Part shown: in pieces, positions 1 to 10,191 of the stretch
Position numbering within the stretch: position 1 is the stretch's first letter
Layout: every line of letters starts with the position of its first letter
Assembly: GCA_020249045.1 (NCBI GenBank)
Contig: JADCGK010000015.1
Coordinates: 4,944-68,943 of the forward strand
DNA from: Azospirillum sp.
Lineage (GTDB): Bacteria; Pseudomonadota; Alphaproteobacteria; CACIAM-22H2
Direction: 5' to 3'
Length of the DNA: 64,000 nucleotides
Position numbers and translations under genes: made by a program
Notes under the pieces: generated by a model
Told to the model about the DNA's origin: nothing
Seen by the model: only the letters and a program-made list of their open reading frames with translations
Database searches by the model: none

Positions 1-256
1 CTGCCGCCGAAATGTTGCGCTGACCTTCGCGATCCCCGATCCGGAAAGATCGATCGCACGGCATCCCCAACGTATCGGCGTGCCGGAAATAGAGGACCAA
101 ACCGCCGGCGCGCAGCCGCTCGACCAACGCGCGGCCTTCCACGCTGGCGGTTTCGACCGGTACGCGGGGCTCGGCGCGCGCGCCGGGCGCGAAGTCCGCG
201 GCGAGTGCGAACGCCACGAGTATTGCGGCCGCGCAAAACCGACGCGTCGCGATCAC
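1..256 (-). CDS. Hypothetical secreted protein, 3' portion of the gene truncated at window edge. GTG start overlaps the downstream PAS gene stop (GTGA).
   Basis: The minus-strand translation begins VIATRRFCAAAILVAFALAADFAPGA, a signal-peptide-like N-terminus, then continues in an open frame to the window edge. The 4-nt overlap with the next gene suggests an operon. Confidence 0.3.
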   Translation of the reverse strand, partial: MIATRRFCAAAILVAFALAADFAPGARAEPRVPVETASVEGRALVERLRAGGLVLYFRHADTLGMPCDRSFRIGDREGQRNISAA

Positions 257-783
257 GTCGTCCGGCCGTCGAGCCAACGATAGACGGTGATGCCGAGCAA
301 CGCTTCGACGTCGTCGTCCGCACCGGCGAGCGGCAGCATGATGCCCTCCAATTCGGTCACGAATTTGTGATGCTGCAGCGTCGGCGGGCCGCGATACCAA
401 TTGGGCTTGCGGCTCGCGGCGGCGGCGGCCAAATGCTCGTGCAGATGCGCCCCCGTCGTCGTGCGCGGAATTTCGTCGACATACATGCCCGGCCGGCCGG
501 GCGCGCCCGCGGCCAGCAGCGCCTCGCCGATCAACCGGAACCGGAACCGGCGCGGCGCGCGGCCCTCGACCGCGATCAGATAGACGTTCTGCAGCAAACG
601 CGGCACGGACATCGGATCGAAGTCGACGCGTCTGGGCAAATCGCCGCCGCTGCGCGGCAACGCCTCCCACACGGACAGAAGCTCGGCCAGCGGGTCCGGC
701 AATTCTTCGATCGGCGGCAGCATCTTCGACGGCGTATCGGATCGAATTCGGGGGGAAAAAGAAAGGGCCGCGCCTTGCGGCAC
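253..783 (-). CDS. PAS-domain containing protein (small sensor-like protein)
   Basis: A 176-aa ORF with composition and motifs typical of the small alphaproteobacterial PAS-fold proteins (…LIGEALLAAGAPGRPGMYVDEIP…). The call rests on family resemblance only. Confidence 0.5.
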   Translation of the reverse strand: MPQGAALSFSPRIRSDTPSKMLPPIEELPDPLAELLSVWEALPRSGGDLPRRVDFDPMSVPRLLQNVYLIAVEGRAPRRFRFRLIGEALLAAGAPGRPGMYVDEIPRTTTGAHLHEHLAAAAASRKPNWYRGPPTLQHHKFVTELEGIMLPLAGADDDVEALLGITVYRWLDGRTT

Positions 784-1014
784 GGCCCAAGTTTAGGGAG
801 GAAACGCCCAAGAAACGACCCGAAGGTCGTTTCAAGTCGCGACAATCAATGTCGCACCGCACAAGATAGATTGTGCAGCGCAAAAATCAAGCTCTAACAC
901 ACGGCAATTCAATCATATTTGGTTACCGCATTTGCACATCGCTCAAATATCTGAGCCGATTGCATATTTCGCGGCGGTGCCCGGCCGAAACCGCAACCGG
1001 GTACGACGCCGCGC

Positions 1015-2193
1015 TTGCGAGCGCTGTCATTCCCCAGCGAAGATCGCATCATGCGGGGGGCGGATCACGCGGGCTGGGCGAAGAGCGGTCGCAACGGGGC
1101 CGACGGCGTCATGACGCTCGGCGGGCGTTGGACGCTGGCGTTCGTGCCCGACCTCGAGGCCGCGTTGGGGAAGCTCGATGCGCGCGGCGCGCGGCGCGTC
1201 CGTGTGGACTTGGCGGCGGTCGAAGCGCTGGATTCGGGGGGGGCTTGGCTTCTCCACCGCCAGCTGCGCCGATGGCGCGATTCGGGCGTTGCGGTCGAGC
1301 TTTCGGGCGCGTCGGACGCGCAAGCGGCATTGCTCGAACGCATGGCGATCGCCGAGGAGGAGCGCAAGCCCCTCGCGCGGCCGTTCGAAGGCGCGTTCCG
1401 CGGACTGGTCGAGCGGGTCGGCAAAGGCACCTTCCACACGCTGGGCGAGGCGCGCGCGCTGATCGCCTTCCTCGGTGCCGTCGTGACGACCTGGATCGCC
1501 GCTTGGCGCAGGCCCGCGCGCGTGCGGATGACCAGCGTCGTGCATCACGTCGAACGCATCGGCATCGACGCGCTGCCGATCCTGGGCCTGCTCGCCTTCC
1601 TGATCGGCGTCGTGCTCGCCTTCCAAGGCGCCGACCAACTGCGCCAGTACGGCGCCGAGGTGTTCACCGTCAATCTGCTGGGCGTGTCGGTGCTGCGCGA
1701 AATCGGGGTGCTGATCACGGCGATCCTGGTGGCGGGGCGCACGGGCAGCGCCTTCACCGCCGAGATCGGCACGATGAAGGTGAACCAGGAAGTCGACGCG
1801 ATGCGTACCATCGGGCTCGACCCGATGGAGACGCTGGTCCTGCCGCGCCTTTTGGCGTTGGCGCTGGCGCTGCCGCTGCTCGTGTTCTACGCCAATCTGA
1901 TGGCGCTGACCGGCGGTGCGGCAATGGCGATGCTGGGGCTTGGCCTGTCGCTCGACCAGTTCCTCGAACAATTGGCGAGCGCGGTGAAGATCAACACCTA
2001 CCTCGTCGGCCTCATTAAAGCGCCGGTCTTCGCGCTGCTGATCGGTCTTGTCGCGTGCTACGAGGGCCTGAAGGTCACGGGCTCGGCCGAAAGCGTTGGC
2101 GTGCATACGACGCGCTCGGTCGTGAAATCGATCTTTCTCGTCATCCTGGCCGACGCGGTCTTCTCGGTCGTGTTTTCGTGGTTGCGCATATGA
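1015..2193 (+). CDS. mlaE: MlaE-family ABC transporter permease with N-terminal STAS domain
   Basis: The N-terminal ~110 aa are STAS-like (…VDLAAVEALDSGGAWLLHRQL…). They are followed by a multi-TM MlaE/YrbE permease core (…GRTGSAFTAEIGTMKVNQEVDAMRTIGLDP…). The stop overlaps the start of the next gene (ATGA). Confidence 0.85.
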   Translation: MRALSFPSEDRIMRGADHAGWAKSGRNGADGVMTLGGRWTLAFVPDLEAALGKLDARGARRVRVDLAAVEALDSGGAWLLHRQLRRWRDSGVAVELSGASDAQAALLERMAIAEEERKPLARPFEGAFRGLVERVGKGTFHTLGEARALIAFLGAVVTTWIAAWRRPARVRMTSVVHHVERIGIDALPILGLLAFLIGVVLAFQGADQLRQYGAEVFTVNLLGVSVLREIGVLITAILVAGRTGSAFTAEIGTMKVNQEVDAMRTIGLDPMETLVLPRLLALALALPLLVFYANLMALTGGAAMAMLGLGLSLDQFLEQLASAVKINTYLVGLIKAPVFALLIGLVACYEGLKVTGSAESVGVHTTRSVVKSIFLVILADAVFSVVFSWLRI

Positions 2194-2960
2194 CCGACGC
2201 CCCCGTCATCCGCGTGCGCGGCCTCGTCACGCGCTTCGGCGCCGCGACCATCCACGACGGGCTCGATCTCGACGTGCGCCGGGGCGAAATCCTGGCGATC
2301 GTCGGCGGGTCGGGCACCGGCAAGTCGGTTCTGTTGCGCACCATTCTGGGCTTGAAGGCGCCCGACGGCGGGACGGTCGAAGTGCTCGGCAAGCGTTTGG
2401 CCGATCTCGATCCCGACGCCCGCGCACCCGTCCTCAAACGCATGGGCGTGCTGTTCCAGGACGGCGCGCTGTTCAGCGCCATGACCGTGGCGCAGAACAT
2501 CCGACTGCCGTTCAACGAGCATACGCGCCTCGACCCCAAGCTGGTCGGCCAGCTGATCCGCGTCAAACTCGCGATGGTGGGGCTGCCGCAGGACGCCGGC
2601 GCGAAGCTTCCTTCCGAGCTTTCGGGCGGCATGCGCAAGCGCGCGGGCTTGGCGCGCGCCATCGCCCTCGACCCGGATGTGCTGTTCCTGGACGAACCGA
2701 CCGCCGGGCTCGATCCCATCGGCGCGGCGAAGTTCGATTCGCTCATCCGCGACCTGCAGCGCAGCCTTGCGCTCAGCGTCGTCATGATCACCCACGACGT
2801 CGACACGCTGGGCGCCATCGCCGACCGGGTCGCGGTCCTGCTCGACAAAAAAATGGTGGTCGGGACGCTGGACGAAATCCGCGCGCACCCGCATCCTTGG
2901 ATCCGGGAATACTTCTCCGGCCCGCGCGGACGCGCGGCGCTGGAAAGCCGGGGGCATTAA
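2190..2960 (+). CDS. mlaF: MlaF-like ABC transporter ATP-binding protein
   Basis: A Walker A (GGSGTGKS), ABC signature (LSGGMRKRAGLARA) and Walker B (LFLDEPTAGLD) are all present. The internal start MTDAPVIRV was chosen because the longer track ORF overlaps mlaE. Confidence 0.85.
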   Translation: MTDAPVIRVRGLVTRFGAATIHDGLDLDVRRGEILAIVGGSGTGKSVLLRTILGLKAPDGGTVEVLGKRLADLDPDARAPVLKRMGVLFQDGALFSAMTVAQNIRLPFNEHTRLDPKLVGQLIRVKLAMVGLPQDAGAKLPSELSGGMRKRAGLARAIALDPDVLFLDEPTAGLDPIGAAKFDSLIRDLQRSLALSVVMITHDVDTLGAIADRVAVLLDKKMVVGTLDEIRAHPHPWIREYFSGPRGRAALESRGH

Positions 2961-2963
2961 GTC

Positions 2964-3959
2964 GTGGAAACGCGGGCGAACCACTTCCTGGTCGGGCTGT
3001 TCGTGCTGACGCTGTTCGCCGCGATCGGGTTCGTCGGACTGTGGTTCGCGCGCGCCAATCTCGGCGAGGAGCGGACGGTCTTCCATACCTATTTCCGCGG
3101 CTCGGTCACGGGCCTGTCGATCGGATCGACCGTACGCTACCGCGGCGTGCCGGTCGGCACGGTCGCCGACATCGAGATCGATCCGGCGAACGTCGAACGC
3201 ATCCGGGTCACGCTCGCCTTGCGGCGGGGCACGCCGGTGAAGACCGACACCGTCGCCTCCCTGCAGCCGCAGGGCATCACGGGGTTGTCGTTCGTCGAAC
3301 TCAACGGCGGCACCCAAGCGGCCCCCGTGCGCGTGCCCGAACCAGGACAGGATTTCGCGCAGATCCCCTCGATCCCCTCGCCCATCGAACGCCTGCTCGC
3401 CGATGCGCCCGAAGCGATGGCGCGCGTTGGCGTGCTGGTCGAACGGATCGCGAGTCTTCTCAACGACGACAATCTGCGCAACATCGACCGCCTGATCGAC
3501 GGCGCCGCCGACGCGACGGTGCATTTGGCGCGGACGCTCGTGCATGTCGAAAAACTGACCGACGACGCGGGCGGCACGCTCCGGGGCGTGGACCGCACGG
3601 TCGCCGAAACGGGCCGCCTGATCGCCGAAGCCCGCGGCGCGCTCGACCGCGTCGCGACGCAAACCGAGGGGTTGATCGGCGACGCGCGGCCCCTGGCCCC
3701 GCAGGCCCAAGCGGCGGTCGGCGATCTGCGCCGCACGCTGGGCGGCTTCGGGCAGGTCGCCGACGAGCTTCAGAAGCTCCTGGCGACCGCCCGGCCGGGC
3801 CTGCAGGATTTCGGCCAGCAGGGCGTCTACGACCTGCAGCAATTCATGATCGAAGGCCGCACGCTGATGGTCACGCTCAACCGCGTCCTGATGAATTTCG
3901 AACGCGATCCCGCGCGTTTCCTGTTCGGCGACCAAACCCGCGGCGTGGAGGCGAAATGA
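2964..3959 (+). CDS. mlaD: MlaD / MCE-family substrate-binding protein
   Basis: An N-terminal TM helix is followed by an MCE domain (…VTGLSIGSTVRYRGVPVGTVADIEIDP…), directly after mlaF. Confidence 0.85.
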   Translation: METRANHFLVGLFVLTLFAAIGFVGLWFARANLGEERTVFHTYFRGSVTGLSIGSTVRYRGVPVGTVADIEIDPANVERIRVTLALRRGTPVKTDTVASLQPQGITGLSFVELNGGTQAAPVRVPEPGQDFAQIPSIPSPIERLLADAPEAMARVGVLVERIASLLNDDNLRNIDRLIDGAADATVHLARTLVHVEKLTDDAGGTLRGVDRTVAETGRLIAEARGALDRVATQTEGLIGDARPLAPQAQAAVGDLRRTLGGFGQVADELQKLLATARPGLQDFGQQGVYDLQQFMIEGRTLMVTLNRVLMNFERDPARFLFGDQTRGVEAK

Positions 3960-4585
3960 CCCGGCACGGCCCCACCCGGCGCGCATTCGTCCTGGGCGCT
4001 TGCGCCTCGCCGCTGGCCGCGTGTGCACTGCCCGGCGGCGGCGACCCGCCGCAGCTTTACACACTCACGCCAAAATCGACCTTCCCGCCCGATCTGCCCC
4101 AGGCGGACTGGCAACTCGCCGTCGAATTGCCGGTCGCCGCCGGCGGGCTCGACAGCGCGCGCATCGCGCTTCAGCGCACACCCGTGACGGTCGACTTCTT
4201 CGCCCGCGCCGCGTGGACCGACACGGTCCCGCGCATGGTCCAGACGTTGCTGATCGAAAGCTACGAGAACACCGGCCGGATCGTCGCCGTCAGCCGCGAC
4301 TCGGCCGCGTTGCGGCCGGATTATCTGCTGAAGGTCGATTTGCGCGAATTCCAGGCCGAATATTTCGAGCCCGGACCGCCGAAGGCCCATGTGCGCTTGT
4401 CCTTGCGCCTCGTGCGTATGCCCGAACGCACGATCCTGGCGAGTTTCACCCACGCCGAGCGCGTGACCGCCGCGCGCAACGAATTGCCCGCGATCGTCGC
4501 GGCGTTCGACGACGCCTTGGGCGTGACGATGCGCCGCTCGGTCGAATGGACGCTGCGCACCGGCCACGCCCAACGCCGCCGATAG
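3956..4585 (+). CDS. ABC-type transport auxiliary lipoprotein (PF03886-like) associated with the Mla/MCE system
   Basis: A lipobox follows the signal peptide (…SPLAACALPGGG…), and the ~200-aa size matches. The start overlaps the mlaD stop (ATGA), so it is an operon member. Confidence 0.7.
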   Translation: MTRHGPTRRAFVLGACASPLAACALPGGGDPPQLYTLTPKSTFPPDLPQADWQLAVELPVAAGGLDSARIALQRTPVTVDFFARAAWTDTVPRMVQTLLIESYENTGRIVAVSRDSAALRPDYLLKVDLREFQAEYFEPGPPKAHVRLSLRLVRMPERTILASFTHAERVTAARNELPAIVAAFDDALGVTMRRSVEWTLRTGHAQRRR

Positions 4586-4592
4586 CCGACCG

Positions 4593-4985
4593 TCAATCGC
4601 GCACGAGATCGCGGACGTCGTCCCCGTCGGCGGGCCATACGGCCCAATCGACCGGCCCCAGCCCGAACTTGTTGCGGTGGGAAACCGACGCACCCGCAGC
4701 CAGCAGCTTCTCCGCGCACGCGCGTCGGCCGCGCGCGGCGGCGTACATCAGGGCGGTGTTTCCGGCATCGTCGGTCGCGTCGGCGGACGCCCCGCGCGCG
4801 AGCAGCGCTTCGAGCGCGCGCGCCGAGCCTTTTTGCGCGGCGCGCATCAGCGGCGTGAGGCCGTAGGGCCCGCGCGCGTCGGCGGCACCCGGGGCGGGTC
4901 CGCCGCCCGCGGCGGCGTCGAGTGCGGCGGCGACGGCGGCGGGGTCGTCGGCTTCGGCCGCAAGGAAAAGGGGCGATCGGTTCAT
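4593..4985 (-). CDS. Ankyrin-repeat protein
   Basis: It contains repeat units GLTPLMRAAQKGSARALEALLARGASADATDDAGNTALMYAAARG typical of ANK repeats. Confidence 0.7.
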   Translation of the reverse strand: MNRSPLFLAAEADDPAAVAAALDAAAGGGPAPGAADARGPYGLTPLMRAAQKGSARALEALLARGASADATDDAGNTALMYAAARGRRACAEKLLAAGASVSHRNKFGLGPVDWAVWPADGDDVRDLVRD

Positions 4986-5049
4986 GACGCGTCAAACTGT
5001 TCGGGAAACGGGGCTTGCGTCAACCCCGATCTTGGCGTTTGCTCGCGCC

Positions 5050-5334
5050 ATGCCGACCTACGCCGAACGCATCCGCGCGAAGCTGGAGGCGGGCCTGGCG
5101 CCCGCCTCGCTCGATATCCTCGACGAATCCGCCAAGCATGCCGGGCATGCCGGCGCAGCACCGGGCGGGGAGACGCATTTCCGCGTGCGCATCGTGTCGG
5201 CGGCGTTCGCCGGCCAAGGTCGGGTCGACCGCCAGCGCAAGGTCTACGCCCTCCTGGCCGAGGAACTCGCCGAACGCGTTCACGCCTTGGCGCTCGAAAC
5301 CCGCACCCCCGAAGAAGCCGCGCGTTCGGCTTGA
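5050..5334 (+). CDS. BolA-family protein
   Basis: BolA hallmarks are present (…DESAKHAGHAG…ETHFRVRIVS..F.G…RQRKVYALL…). I chose the start at MPTYAERI; the track ORF starts at 4984. Confidence 0.7.
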   Translation: MPTYAERIRAKLEAGLAPASLDILDESAKHAGHAGAAPGGETHFRVRIVSAAFAGQGRVDRQRKVYALLAEELAERVHALALETRTPEEAARSA

Positions 5335-5431
5335 GCCGAGGCCCGAGGAACGCCACATGGCGCGGCGGGCGCGGTTGCGCACCCACAACTAATTTGTTAT
5401 CTAACTTCGGAATTATTCGCGAGGTTAGAAA

Positions 5432-5704
5432 TTGCACACGCGATCCGAGCCGCCCCGGAGCGTCAAGGTTCTCGGCCGGCGCACATCGATGCGCTTGGAA
5501 GGCGCCTATTGGGAGGCGCTGGAGGAGATCGCACGGCGCGAGGCGAGCGATCTGGAATACGTACTCGACCTCGCCGCAAGCGGGCCGCATCGGGGCAATC
5601 TAAGCTCCGCGATCCGGTTGTTCGTGCTTGCCTATTTCCGCGACAAGCGGCGATTGCCGCGCGGGCCGGCCCGACGTCGGGCCAATCATCGCGCGCCGGT
5701 GTAG
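5432..5704 (+). CDS. Ribbon-helix-helix (RHH_4-like) small protein
   Basis: …GRRTSMRLEGAYWEALEEIARREAS…LSSAIRLFVLAYFR matches the alphaproteobacterial RHH_4 family pattern. Its 3' end overlaps the convergent DUF2889 gene by ~19 nt. Confidence 0.55.
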   Translation: MHTRSEPPRSVKVLGRRTSMRLEGAYWEALEEIARREASDLEYVLDLAASGPHRGNLSSAIRLFVLAYFRDKRRLPRGPARRRANHRAPV

Positions 5705-6261
5705 AACTCCGGATAGCGATCGCGCACGACCTCGCCGTCGGTGGCGAGCGCGTGGCAGGCGTCGAGATGACCGGGCTTGCCGACGGATGCCCGCTTGCGT
5801 AGCGGCCCGATCGTTTGGATCGCCGTCGTGGCGAGCGCGCCGAGCGCGAGTTCGACCAGATGCGTGCAGCCTTTGGTGCCGCCCAAGCGCGCGAGGACGT
5901 CCTTGCGCCACCCCGGCCCGACGCGCAGACCCGCCAGCGCCGAAAAATCGGGCGCGATGTCCGGGCACGGCCGATAGGGCGTCGCGTAGCTCGCCGCGTG
6001 CGCGGCATGCACGACCAGATCGTCGTCGAGCGTCAGGCGCAAGCGCATGCCGTGCAGCGGCACGCCCGGCTCGATGCGCCCACGGAACGCGTTGTCGAAG
6101 CCATAGGCCTTGGTGTCGACCAATTCGCCTTCGATGTCCCACAGCCCGTCCGCCCGGCGATAGCCGTGGCACGCGATCGTGCGGGTATGCACGGGCTCTC
6201 GCGGGGCCGCAGGCGGCAAATCGGCGTGCGGCGTATCCTGGAAGGGCGTTGAAGCGGACAT
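5686..6261 (-). CDS. DUF2889-family protein
   Basis: A 191-aa ORF nested inside a longer track ORF (5686..6768), with the start at MSASTPFQD. The composition and conserved HxxH/Cys pattern are typical of DUF2889. Confidence 0.6.
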   Translation of the reverse strand: MSASTPFQDTPHADLPPAAPREPVHTRTIACHGYRRADGLWDIEGELVDTKAYGFDNAFRGRIEPGVPLHGMRLRLTLDDDLVVHAAHAASYATPYRPCPDIAPDFSALAGLRVGPGWRKDVLARLGGTKGCTHLVELALGALATTAIQTIGPLRKRASVGKPGHLDACHALATDGEVVRDRYPEFYTGAR

Positions 6262-6398
6262 AATGGAGCGTCTCCGGCGCGTGGCGCACCGAATGATCGC
6301 CCGCCGGGTACTTGGCGTCCAGCGGGCCGCCGCGAAGGTCGCGCCGGTTCCGGATTTCGCCGCACCCCGTGGGGCGCGGCGAAACGCCCGGCAGACCG

Positions 6399-6851
6399 TC
6401 AGTTCAGCCCGTAACCCGCACCGCCCGCAATGAACGCTTCGCGTTCCTTGAGGTTCTCCTCGAGCTCGCCCAACGCCGTCGCGTACAGGTCGCGCACCGA
6501 TACCATGCCGATCAGATCGGCACCGTCGACGACCGGCAAATGCCGGTAGCCGTGCTTGCGCATCATCTCCAGCGCCTCGCGCGCCGGTCGGCCCGGCGCG
6601 ATGGTATCGGGATTGCGGGTCATCGCGTCGGCAAGACGCACGGCATCCGGATCGCGTCCGGCGCCGACGACTTTGGTCATCACGTCGCGTTCGGTGAAGA
6701 TGCCCACCAACTTGTCGCCGTCCACGACCATCAGCGCGCCGATGCGCCGTTTTGCCATCAGCACGCAAGCTTCGCGGACGGTCATGGTGGCGGGGGCGGT
6801 CGCCAGCTCCTGGCGACCGGAAATCACGTCGGGAACGATGCGCCGATTCAT
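6399..6851 (-). CDS. CBS-domain protein
   Basis: It carries a tandem CBS pair (…IGALMVVDGDKLVGIFTERDV… and …HLPVVDGADLIGMVSVRDL…). Confidence 0.8.
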   Translation of the reverse strand: MNRRIVPDVISGRQELATAPATMTVREACVLMAKRRIGALMVVDGDKLVGIFTERDVMTKVVGAGRDPDAVRLADAMTRNPDTIAPGRPAREALEMMRKHGYRHLPVVDGADLIGMVSVRDLYATALGELEENLKEREAFIAGGAGYGLN

Positions 6852-6990
6852 GTTTCCTCCGATCCTGGCCGGGCGTCCGGCTTGGAAATGCGCCGCGCGG
6901 ATTTTTCCGTCGCGGGCGGCGGAACGCCGTCGTTTCGCATATTAAGCGCCCGCGCGGGCCCGTTTGGCAAGCGCCCGGCGCCCGGACCGG

Positions 6991-8340
6991 CTAGGCCGCG
7001 CGCTCGCCCGACGGAGCGGCCCGCGCCGCGTCCTTCGCCGTCGCGGTATCCTCGGCGACCGACACCCGCAACGTCGCGATCTGGTTGCGTTTGCGGCGCA
7101 ATATCTCGAAGCGCAATCCGTGGAAGACGAAGACCTGCCCCACTTCGGGGATCCGCCGCGCCTCGTACAGCACGAGGCCCGCGATGGTGGCCGCGGACTC
7201 GTCGGGCAGGCGCCAATCGAACTGCCGGTTGAGATCGCGGATCGTGACGTGGCCGTCGACGACCCAGCTGCCGTCCGTTTGCGCGCGCACGCCGGGCACG
7301 TTGAATTCGTGCCGTTCGGCGATGTCGCCGACGATCTCCTCGAGGATGTCCTCGAGCGTCACCACGCCCAGCAACGCCCCGTATTCGTCCACGACCAGCG
7401 CGAAATGCTCGCGCCGACGACGGAAGGCTTCGAGCTGGTCGAGCAGCGTCGTCGTGTCGGGGATGAACCACGGCCTTGCCGCGATCGCGGCGATGTCGAT
7501 CGCCGCGGGGTCGCCGGTGTTCGCGCGCACAGCCTGCAGCAGCGACTTCGCGTGCAATACGCCGATCACGTTGTCGGGCTGCCCGCGCCACAACGGAATG
7601 CGCGTATGCGGGCTCGACAATGCCTGCTCGATGATCGCTTCGACCGGCTGGCCCGCGTCGATGGCGACGACTTGGCGCCGGTGGACCAGGATGTCGGCGA
7701 CCGACACGTCGGCGAGGTCGAGGATGGAGCGCAGCATCTGCCGCTCCTTCCTGGCGCCGGCGTCCGATTGCACGGCGCCGTGCAGTTCGATGGCGCCTTT
7801 GAGTTCGTCGGCCGCGACGTCCGCCGGCCGGTCGCTCGGCCGCCAGCCGAGCACGCTGAGCATCCCCATCGCCGCCCAGCGCGTGGCCGTGGCCAGCGGC
7901 GAAAGCACCGACATCATCGCGCGCGCGAAGGGCGCGAGGCCGAGGGCCACGCGGTCCGCCCCGTTGAACGCCCAAACCTTGGGCATCACTTCGCCGAATA
8001 CGACGACCAGAACGGTCATGATTATCGTCGCATAGATCACGCCCGCGTCGCCGAAGAACGCGATCAGCACGCTCGTGGTCAGCGCCGAACCCAGGATGTT
8101 GACGAGATTGTTGCCCAGCAGGACGGCGGAGATGAATTGCTCGCTTTGTTCCTTCATGCGCAGCACGAGGCGCGCGCGCACGTTGCCCTGGCGTTCGAGC
8201 GCCGCCATACGCGGGCGCGAGGCCGAGGTGATCGAGGTTTCCACCGCCGACAACAGCGCCGCGAGCATCAGCAACGCCAGCACCACAGCCAGCACGAGCC
8301 AATCACCGCCGTCGATATCGCTCCACGTCAAGCCGCGCAC
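6991..8340 (-). CDS. HlyC/CorC-family transporter (DUF21 - CBS pair - CorC_HlyC)
   Basis: An N-terminal 4-TM DUF21 is followed by a CBS pair and a C-terminal transporter-associated domain. The architecture is classic TlyC/CorC. Confidence 0.85.
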   Translation of the reverse strand: MRGLTWSDIDGGDWLVLAVVLALLMLAALLSAVETSITSASRPRMAALERQGNVRARLVLRMKEQSEQFISAVLLGNNLVNILGSALTTSVLIAFFGDAGVIYATIIMTVLVVVFGEVMPKVWAFNGADRVALGLAPFARAMMSVLSPLATATRWAAMGMLSVLGWRPSDRPADVAADELKGAIELHGAVQSDAGARKERQMLRSILDLADVSVADILVHRRQVVAIDAGQPVEAIIEQALSSPHTRIPLWRGQPDNVIGVLHAKSLLQAVRANTGDPAAIDIAAIAARPWFIPDTTTLLDQLEAFRRRREHFALVVDEYGALLGVVTLEDILEEIVGDIAERHEFNVPGVRAQTDGSWVVDGHVTIRDLNRQFDWRLPDESAATIAGLVLYEARRIPEVGQVFVFHGLRFEILRRKRNQIATLRVSVAEDTATAKDAARAAPSGERAA

Positions 8341-9431
8341 TCCGTTTCCAGCATCGCGCGCACGTCGCCGATTTCGGCGTCGCGCGCGACGAACGATTTA
8401 CCGATCCCGCGCGCGAGGATGAAAGTGACCTTCCCGTCGCGGGTCTTCTTGTCGTGCCCCATATGGCCGACCAACCGGTCGGCGTCCCAACGCCGCGAGT
8501 CCGGCAAGGCCACCGGCAAGCCGCACGCGGCCAAATGCGCGCGCACGCGTGCGGCGTCCGCGGGCGGGCACAATCCCGCGCGGACCGAAAAATCGAACGC
8601 CTGGCGCATGCCCAGCGCCACCGCTTCGCCGTGCAGCAGTTCCGGGCCGTAGCCGAGTTCGGCCTCCAGAGCATGGCCGAACGTGTGGCCGAGATTGAGC
8701 AGGGCCCGCGCGCCGGTCTCGCGCTCGTCCTCGGCGACGATCCGCGCCTTGGCTTCGCACGCGATCTTGACCGCGTGGGCGCGCGCGGCGCGGTCCCCGG
8801 CCAGCAAGGCGGCGGCGTTGGCTTCGCACCAGGCGAAGAAATCGGGCATGTCGATCAGCCCGTATTTCACCGTCTCGGCATAGCCCGCGCGCAATTCGCG
8901 CGGACCGAGCGTGTCGAGCGCATCGAGATCGCACAGCACCAGACGCGGCTGGTGGAAGGCGCCGATCAGGTTTTTGCCGTGGCGGGTGTTCACGCCGGTC
9001 TTGCCGCCCACGGAACTGTCGACTTGGGCGAGAAGTGTCGTCGGGCATTGGACGAAGTCGAGCCCGCGCAGCAGCAGCGAGGCGGCGACTCCGGTCATGT
9101 CGCCGACGACCCCGCCGCCCAGGGCGAGCAGCATGTCCCCGCGTTCGGGCCGGCCGTCGAGCACGGCATTCAGCAACTCGCCCAGCCCGTCCCACGTCTT
9201 GGCGCCCTCGCCCGGCGGCCGGACGATCGCCGACGCGGCGATGCCCGCCGCGCGCAGTCCGCCTTCGAGACGCGGCAAATGCGAACCGGCGACGTTGGCG
9301 TCGGTGACGACGAAGACGCGCCGCGGCTTGCGCACGCGCGCGATGAATTCGCCCGCGCGTTCCAACAAGCCCCCGCCGATCAGAATGTCGTAGCCGCGGT
9401 CCCCCAGCGCCACGCGAACTTGGCCGGTCAT
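8328..9431 (-). CDS. aroB: 3-dehydroquinate synthase
   Basis: [11 protein letters not shown] nucleotide loop and the metal-binding motifs [11 protein letters not shown]…HGEAVALG are present. The 367-aa protein sits inside the 1282-aa artefactual track ORF. The start may be off by ±1 nt. Confidence 0.9.
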   Translation of the reverse strand: MTGQVRVALGDRGYDILIGGGLLERAGEFIARVRKPRRVFVVTDANVAGSHLPRLEGGLRAAGIAASAIVRPPGEGAKTWDGLGELLNAVLDGRPERGDMLLALGGGVVGDMTGVAASLLLRGLDFVQCPTTLLAQVDSSVGGKTGVNTRHGKNLIGAFHQPRLVLCDLDALDTLGPRELRAGYAETVKYGLIDMPDFFAWCEANAAALLAGDRAARAHAVKIACEAKARIVAEDERETGARALLNLGHTFGHALEAELGYGPELLHGEAVALGMRQAFDFSVRAGLCPPADAARVRAHLAACGLPVALPDSRRWDADRLVGHMGHDKKTRDGKVTFILARGIGKSFVARDAEIGDVRAMLETECAA

Positions 9432-10015
9432 GCCGCCCTCGAAAAATGGTCGCGCAACGCGTCGATCACGCGCTGGGTGGTGGTTTCGGGCGGCGCCTCC
9501 AGGGAGTCGACCGTCAAATCGGCCTGCGCGTAGATCGGATACCGCTTGGTCATCAGATCGCCCAGGATCGCCCGCGGATCGCCCGCGTTGAGCAAGGGGC
9601 GGTTGTTGCGCCGCGCGGTGCGGCGCACCAGCGTGTCGAGATCCGCGCGCAGCCAGATCGACAGGCCGCCGACCTTGATCCGCGCGCGCGTGGTTTCGTC
9701 CATGAAGGCGCCGCCGCCGGTCGCCAGCACGCAGACCGGACCTTCGAGCAGCCGGGCGATCACCCGCCGTTCGCCGTCGCGGAACGCAGGCTCGCCGAAC
9801 CGGGCGAAGATCTCGGGAATCGTGCAGCCGGCGGCTTCTTCGATTTCCTTGTCCGCGTCGATGAATCCCAGACCCAAGGCTTGCGCGAGGCGCTTGCCGA
9901 TCGCGGATTTTCCCGCCCCCATCAACCCGACCATGACGATCGTGCGATCCAGCCGGTCGCGAACGGCCTGCGCCCCCGCCGCGAGGGGCGGCGGGTCCTG
10001 TGCGATCCCGTCCAT
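9428..10015 (-). CDS. aroK: Shikimate kinase
   Basis: A Walker A ([15 protein letters not shown]) with shikimate kinase length and motifs. It overlaps the aroB start, giving the classic aroK-aroB operon. Confidence 0.9.
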   Translation of the reverse strand: MDGIAQDPPPLAAGAQAVRDRLDRTIVMVGLMGAGKSAIGKRLAQALGLGFIDADKEIEEAAGCTIPEIFARFGEPAFRDGERRVIARLLEGPVCVLATGGGAFMDETTRARIKVGGLSIWLRADLDTLVRRTARRNNRPLLNAGDPRAILGDLMTKRYPIYAQADLTVDSLEAPPETTTQRVIDALRDHFSRAA

Positions 10016-10191
10016 GGCCGGTTAACGCAACGCGTCCGGGCGGCCGGCGAAAAACCCGGGCCCGACGTCGCCTTTCCTCTTGCGCGCGCGCATCATGCTG
10101 GCAGTGTAGCAAACCGTTTCCAACCCCGCACGCCCCCGAGTCGCCCGAATTTTTCCACAATCGGGACAAGGACTTGAGATCGAGTCTCGCC

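Noticed and set aside
2058-4064. 668-aa minus-strand ORF antisense to mlaF-mlaD
   Set aside because: It is antisense to three well-supported ABC/MCE genes and has low-complexity Arg-rich composition.
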